A stretch of 63,693 nt of DNA, the filler included, from Babesia bigemina (taxonomy: Eukaryota): NCBI RefSeq assembly GCF_000981445.1. It is 8 parts of 8 records of this genome, joined end to end, with 100 filler letters (N's around TTAATTAATTAA, not from the genome) between each part and the next. Parts side by side here need not be neighbours in the genome. Positions count along the whole stretch, not along the records: positions 59,917 to 63,693 come from NW_012237369.1; 7 more parts are not named here. One strand, given 5' to 3'. Below the pieces are notes generated by a model. It did no database searches and was not told the DNA's origin. It saw only the letters and a list, made by a program, of their open reading frames with translations. Within the stretch, counting starts at the first letter, position 1; each line of letters begins with the position of its first letter. A program made the position numbers and the translations under genes. Shown here piece after piece: positions 60,930 through 63,693 of the stretch.

Positions 60930-61799
60930 CAGCAATTTAGCTGTACATTTCGATCGTGTTGCTGTCAAATAATCGCCATATAACAATTTTGAATGCCTAA
61001 TCTCCATCGTTTTTCACTTTTGGGTTGCTCAGGTGTTCATATTTGCCAAGGCACCGTCCTGAGATCACTGCGTCGTTTTTGCGTGTAATATGTCGTATAA
61101 TGTGCGTCCCATGGCTGCGCTGCTATTCGCTACATGCGCTGCCACCATGGCCGTAGATAGCGTGTCTGCAGGCAACGCTGCAATAATAAAAAATTTCGTG
61201 ACTGAGTTACGCACGCGCCATAATGTTATACAATCAGTATTTGAAGAGTACAGCGTCGATTGCAAAATTTTCGTAGGTGCGTGTGATTCCTACCCGACAG
61301 GCAGCATTCAAAGGCAACGACTTAAGAAGCTATGCCGTCCACACACTCTCATGAGAGTGATAACTGTTCAAAAGTCGTTCACTTTTAATCAAATAAGAGC
61401 CAATGGTGATTGCATTGACCTTTGCTGTAAGGATGTGTATGAACGCCGCCGCTAGACACGGCAGCGCAATTGAGAAAAGAGACATTTGAGTATTGCTACA
61501 CAATGTTGCAATTATAAGCGTTGGGTGTATCACGAATGATGCGATTCTTTTGTGTTTGGATTTGTCTAGGCCACGTGCGAGGTTTCGCACTTTTTTGCAT
61601 CAACGTACCTTACGGTCAACTAGATCGGTCGGCAACGGTTCCTAGGCCTTCTTCTTTGTATAATATAGCTCATTGCGGTGTACTTTATTGTATGAGGTAC
61701 GACTTAGCAGTATTTGTTTCCGTCCTTGCATCCAATTTCGTGCAGACTACACTTAACACACTGATAGGTCTTTAAGTTATACACCAGATTCCGGAGGTC

Positions 61800-62852
61800 A
61801 TGATGGCACCTGTTTTGAAGCGCGTCGTGTCATTGTATGCTGCGCTGGCTGTGCCCCTTGTCCTCAGTGTATCTTATCGTACCCCGCGCTTGTCTAGGGG
61901 CATGAATGTGGACATGCCGTCCGAATCACTGGGACAGGAAGACGCTGTTGCCAACGTATCGCGTGTCCGTCAAAGGTTGAATAAAGCCATGTCTCAATCT
62001 GCGGCTTATTTCAGTACAGTAGTTATGGATTCTGTCTGCAAGGGACGCAGGAGCGAAATGGAAGCTTGTCGCTCCGCGCTGCAACCCTACATGGCTCGTT
62101 GCGAGGATGGCGACTGTTTGCATATCGACATGGAGAGTATTGAGGTATCAGGAAGCACTAGTGTACCGCTACCTAATAAATTTCAACTGGATTGCGCCTT
62201 CGAGTTGTACAAAATGAGCTCTGCATTTCCATTCAGGGCTTTCCGCGGTATCGTAGCTCGATTCCAGAAAGGAGGACGCTACACTGCATACCGCGACTTT
62301 ATATTGCATCTTATGTTGGCCAATGTGGAAGAAGGGACGTCAAGCGATTTTGAGACGTTCATGAAGAAATATCTTTTCATGGCGGCTGTCCAATACAAGA
62401 CTTATTTGATGTTGGAAAACTGGAAAGTAAAACTCCAGAATATGACTGATTTATCGCATTTTATATTTGTGGACAAAATTGAACGATCTCTGGTTCAAAT
62501 AATCGTGCAGACTGCACCCAAGTCCGCTATAGGAACGCCTATAAGTGCGATTGAACCATACGTGAAGAGCTTCGCTGCTTACATAAATTCGTTCCGACTC
62601 AATCATGAGCGATTTGCGGAATTATATTCTTCAGTAGTCTTCATTGCGCTTAGGTCGTCAATCAGCAACACTCGCCACAAGGAATTAAGAGCAAGGGATC
62701 ACAAGCTGGAGCCCTGGAAAAACTTTTACCGGAAATACGTGATGCCGGTATTTGGCGCATTTAAGGGCATGTACAGCTACGTGTCAGGTAAGGTCGTGAA
62801 CTCGTTTGGCGGGTCAGCTAAGAGAAAGTTGCAAACAGAGGACGCCGCCTAG
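61800..62852 (+). CDS. rap-1b: Rhoptry-associated protein 1b (350 aa)
   Basis: Signal-peptide-like N-terminus, four conserved RAP-1 Cys, the PLPNKFQLDCAF motif and YKTYL. Lies in tandem behind rap-1a, as in the known B. bigemina rap-1 locus. Confidence 0.88.
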   Translation: MMAPVLKRVVSLYAALAVPLVLSVSYRTPRLSRGMNVDMPSESLGQEDAVANVSRVRQRLNKAMSQSAAYFSTVVMDSVCKGRRSEMEACRSALQPYMARCEDGDCLHIDMESIEVSGSTSVPLPNKFQLDCAFELYKMSSAFPFRAFRGIVARFQKGGRYTAYRDFILHLMLANVEEGTSSDFETFMKKYLFMAAVQYKTYLMLENWKVKLQNMTDLSHFIFVDKIERSLVQIIVQTAPKSAIGTPISAIEPYVKSFAAYINSFRLNHERFAELYSSVVFIALRSSISNTRHKELRARDHKLEPWKNFYRKYVMPVFGAFKGMYSYVSGKVVNSFGGSAKRKLQTEDAA

Positions 62853-63693
62853 GAGAGCGGAGCCCTGCCCTTAGAATACGGGATGATTATTCGGAAGGTA
62901 AAATCAAATATTAGCCAGAATCGGTTCCCTAACCCGGTCACTGAGAACAATGCAGGACATTCCGTTACATTTAGAGATATAATGAAGTAACGGTTATGGG
63001 ACATGCCCTTATCGCATGAAGCGTCGTTAGGTGAATAAAAGACTGCCTCGTATCCTTCTCGATCTCTTCTTCATCTATACAATAAACGTTTCCTTAGGCT
63101 GTCCCATTTTGTCACCTATTGTATAATATCAATGGGGGAATTTTGAAAGTGATGCACAGGGCGATTGTGGATCATATCCAGGCTTAGTTAGCTTGCGCGT
63201 AGATATTCGGGCGGCGTGGTTTTCGAAACGATTCGAGTTGTAAGCGACTATAGTCACTAACTTCGCGTTGGTAAATCATGAAATCCACCTTTATATGTAC
63301 AACATTTTGTTATGCTCTGCGGTGTAGAGAGCGGTGCGCTAAGGTATTCTAAGAGCACTTAACTCGAGCATCAATAGATGCGCAATTTCGGCCAATCCAC
63401 ATGACGTCTGCGCGCGATGCGCGCACGGTTGTGTCTTGGCCTGAATGTTGTGGTTGTTGGTCATAGATATTTGGGCGTATTGAACGCGTGATGTTTAGCG
63501 GCGGCGATCGAAAATCTCGCAGCAGTGCTCCCACCATTCATACAAAACTAGGGGCGGTGTCGTACATAGCGACAACTGCGGCGTAAATGCGTCATCATTA
63601 AGCGTACTGACTGGTCAGTATACATGGCCGTAGTCTACGCATGACGCGGAGGAACAGAACTACCTAATTCACGCAATTTCAACTTTAAAACGC

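Noticed and set aside
61065..61775. Short ORFs between rap-1a and rap-1b
   Set aside because: Overlapping on both strands with no motifs. The region fits the rap-1 intergenic spacer.

Overview
Eukaryotic piroplasm DNA, almost certainly Babesia bigemina or a very close relative (rap-1a/rap-1b pair, ves1-family genes). The window is not contiguous. It is 8 contigs joined by artificial 100-bp linkers (44N-TTAATTAATTAA-44N): 1-4519, 4620-8047, 8148-33904, 34005-41463, 41564-53618, 53719-57451, 57552-59816 and 59917-63693. Most of it is subtelomeric variant-antigen (ves1/VESA1-like) territory. One module appears twice, apparently identical over about 7 kb: telomere-associated 22-bp satellite, then a 518-aa PIP-box/AT-hook gene, then a 3.2-kb upstream region, then the first ~30 codons of a ves1 gene. 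The second copy follows a telomere tract. The two copies diverge 2 bp after a 43-bp element (encoding ESIDWLIQVRYGNG) and continue into different ves1 bodies. Every other ves1 copy whose 5' end is visible is 5'-truncated and lacks that upstream region and start. These copies sit behind a stereotyped 12-bp/20-bp/22-bp repeat spacer, and two of them begin exactly at the 43-bp element. The ves1 copies are mosaics of one another. My inference is a telomere-linked expression site with silent donor cassettes (comparable to Pneumocystis UCS/CRJE or trypanosome VSG systems), possibly captured in two switched states. Also present are a small Cys-rich membrane-protein family with tandem 34-nt micro-introns in the 5' UTR and interchangeable TM tails, a 12-bp-unit satellite, and part of the rap-1 locus.
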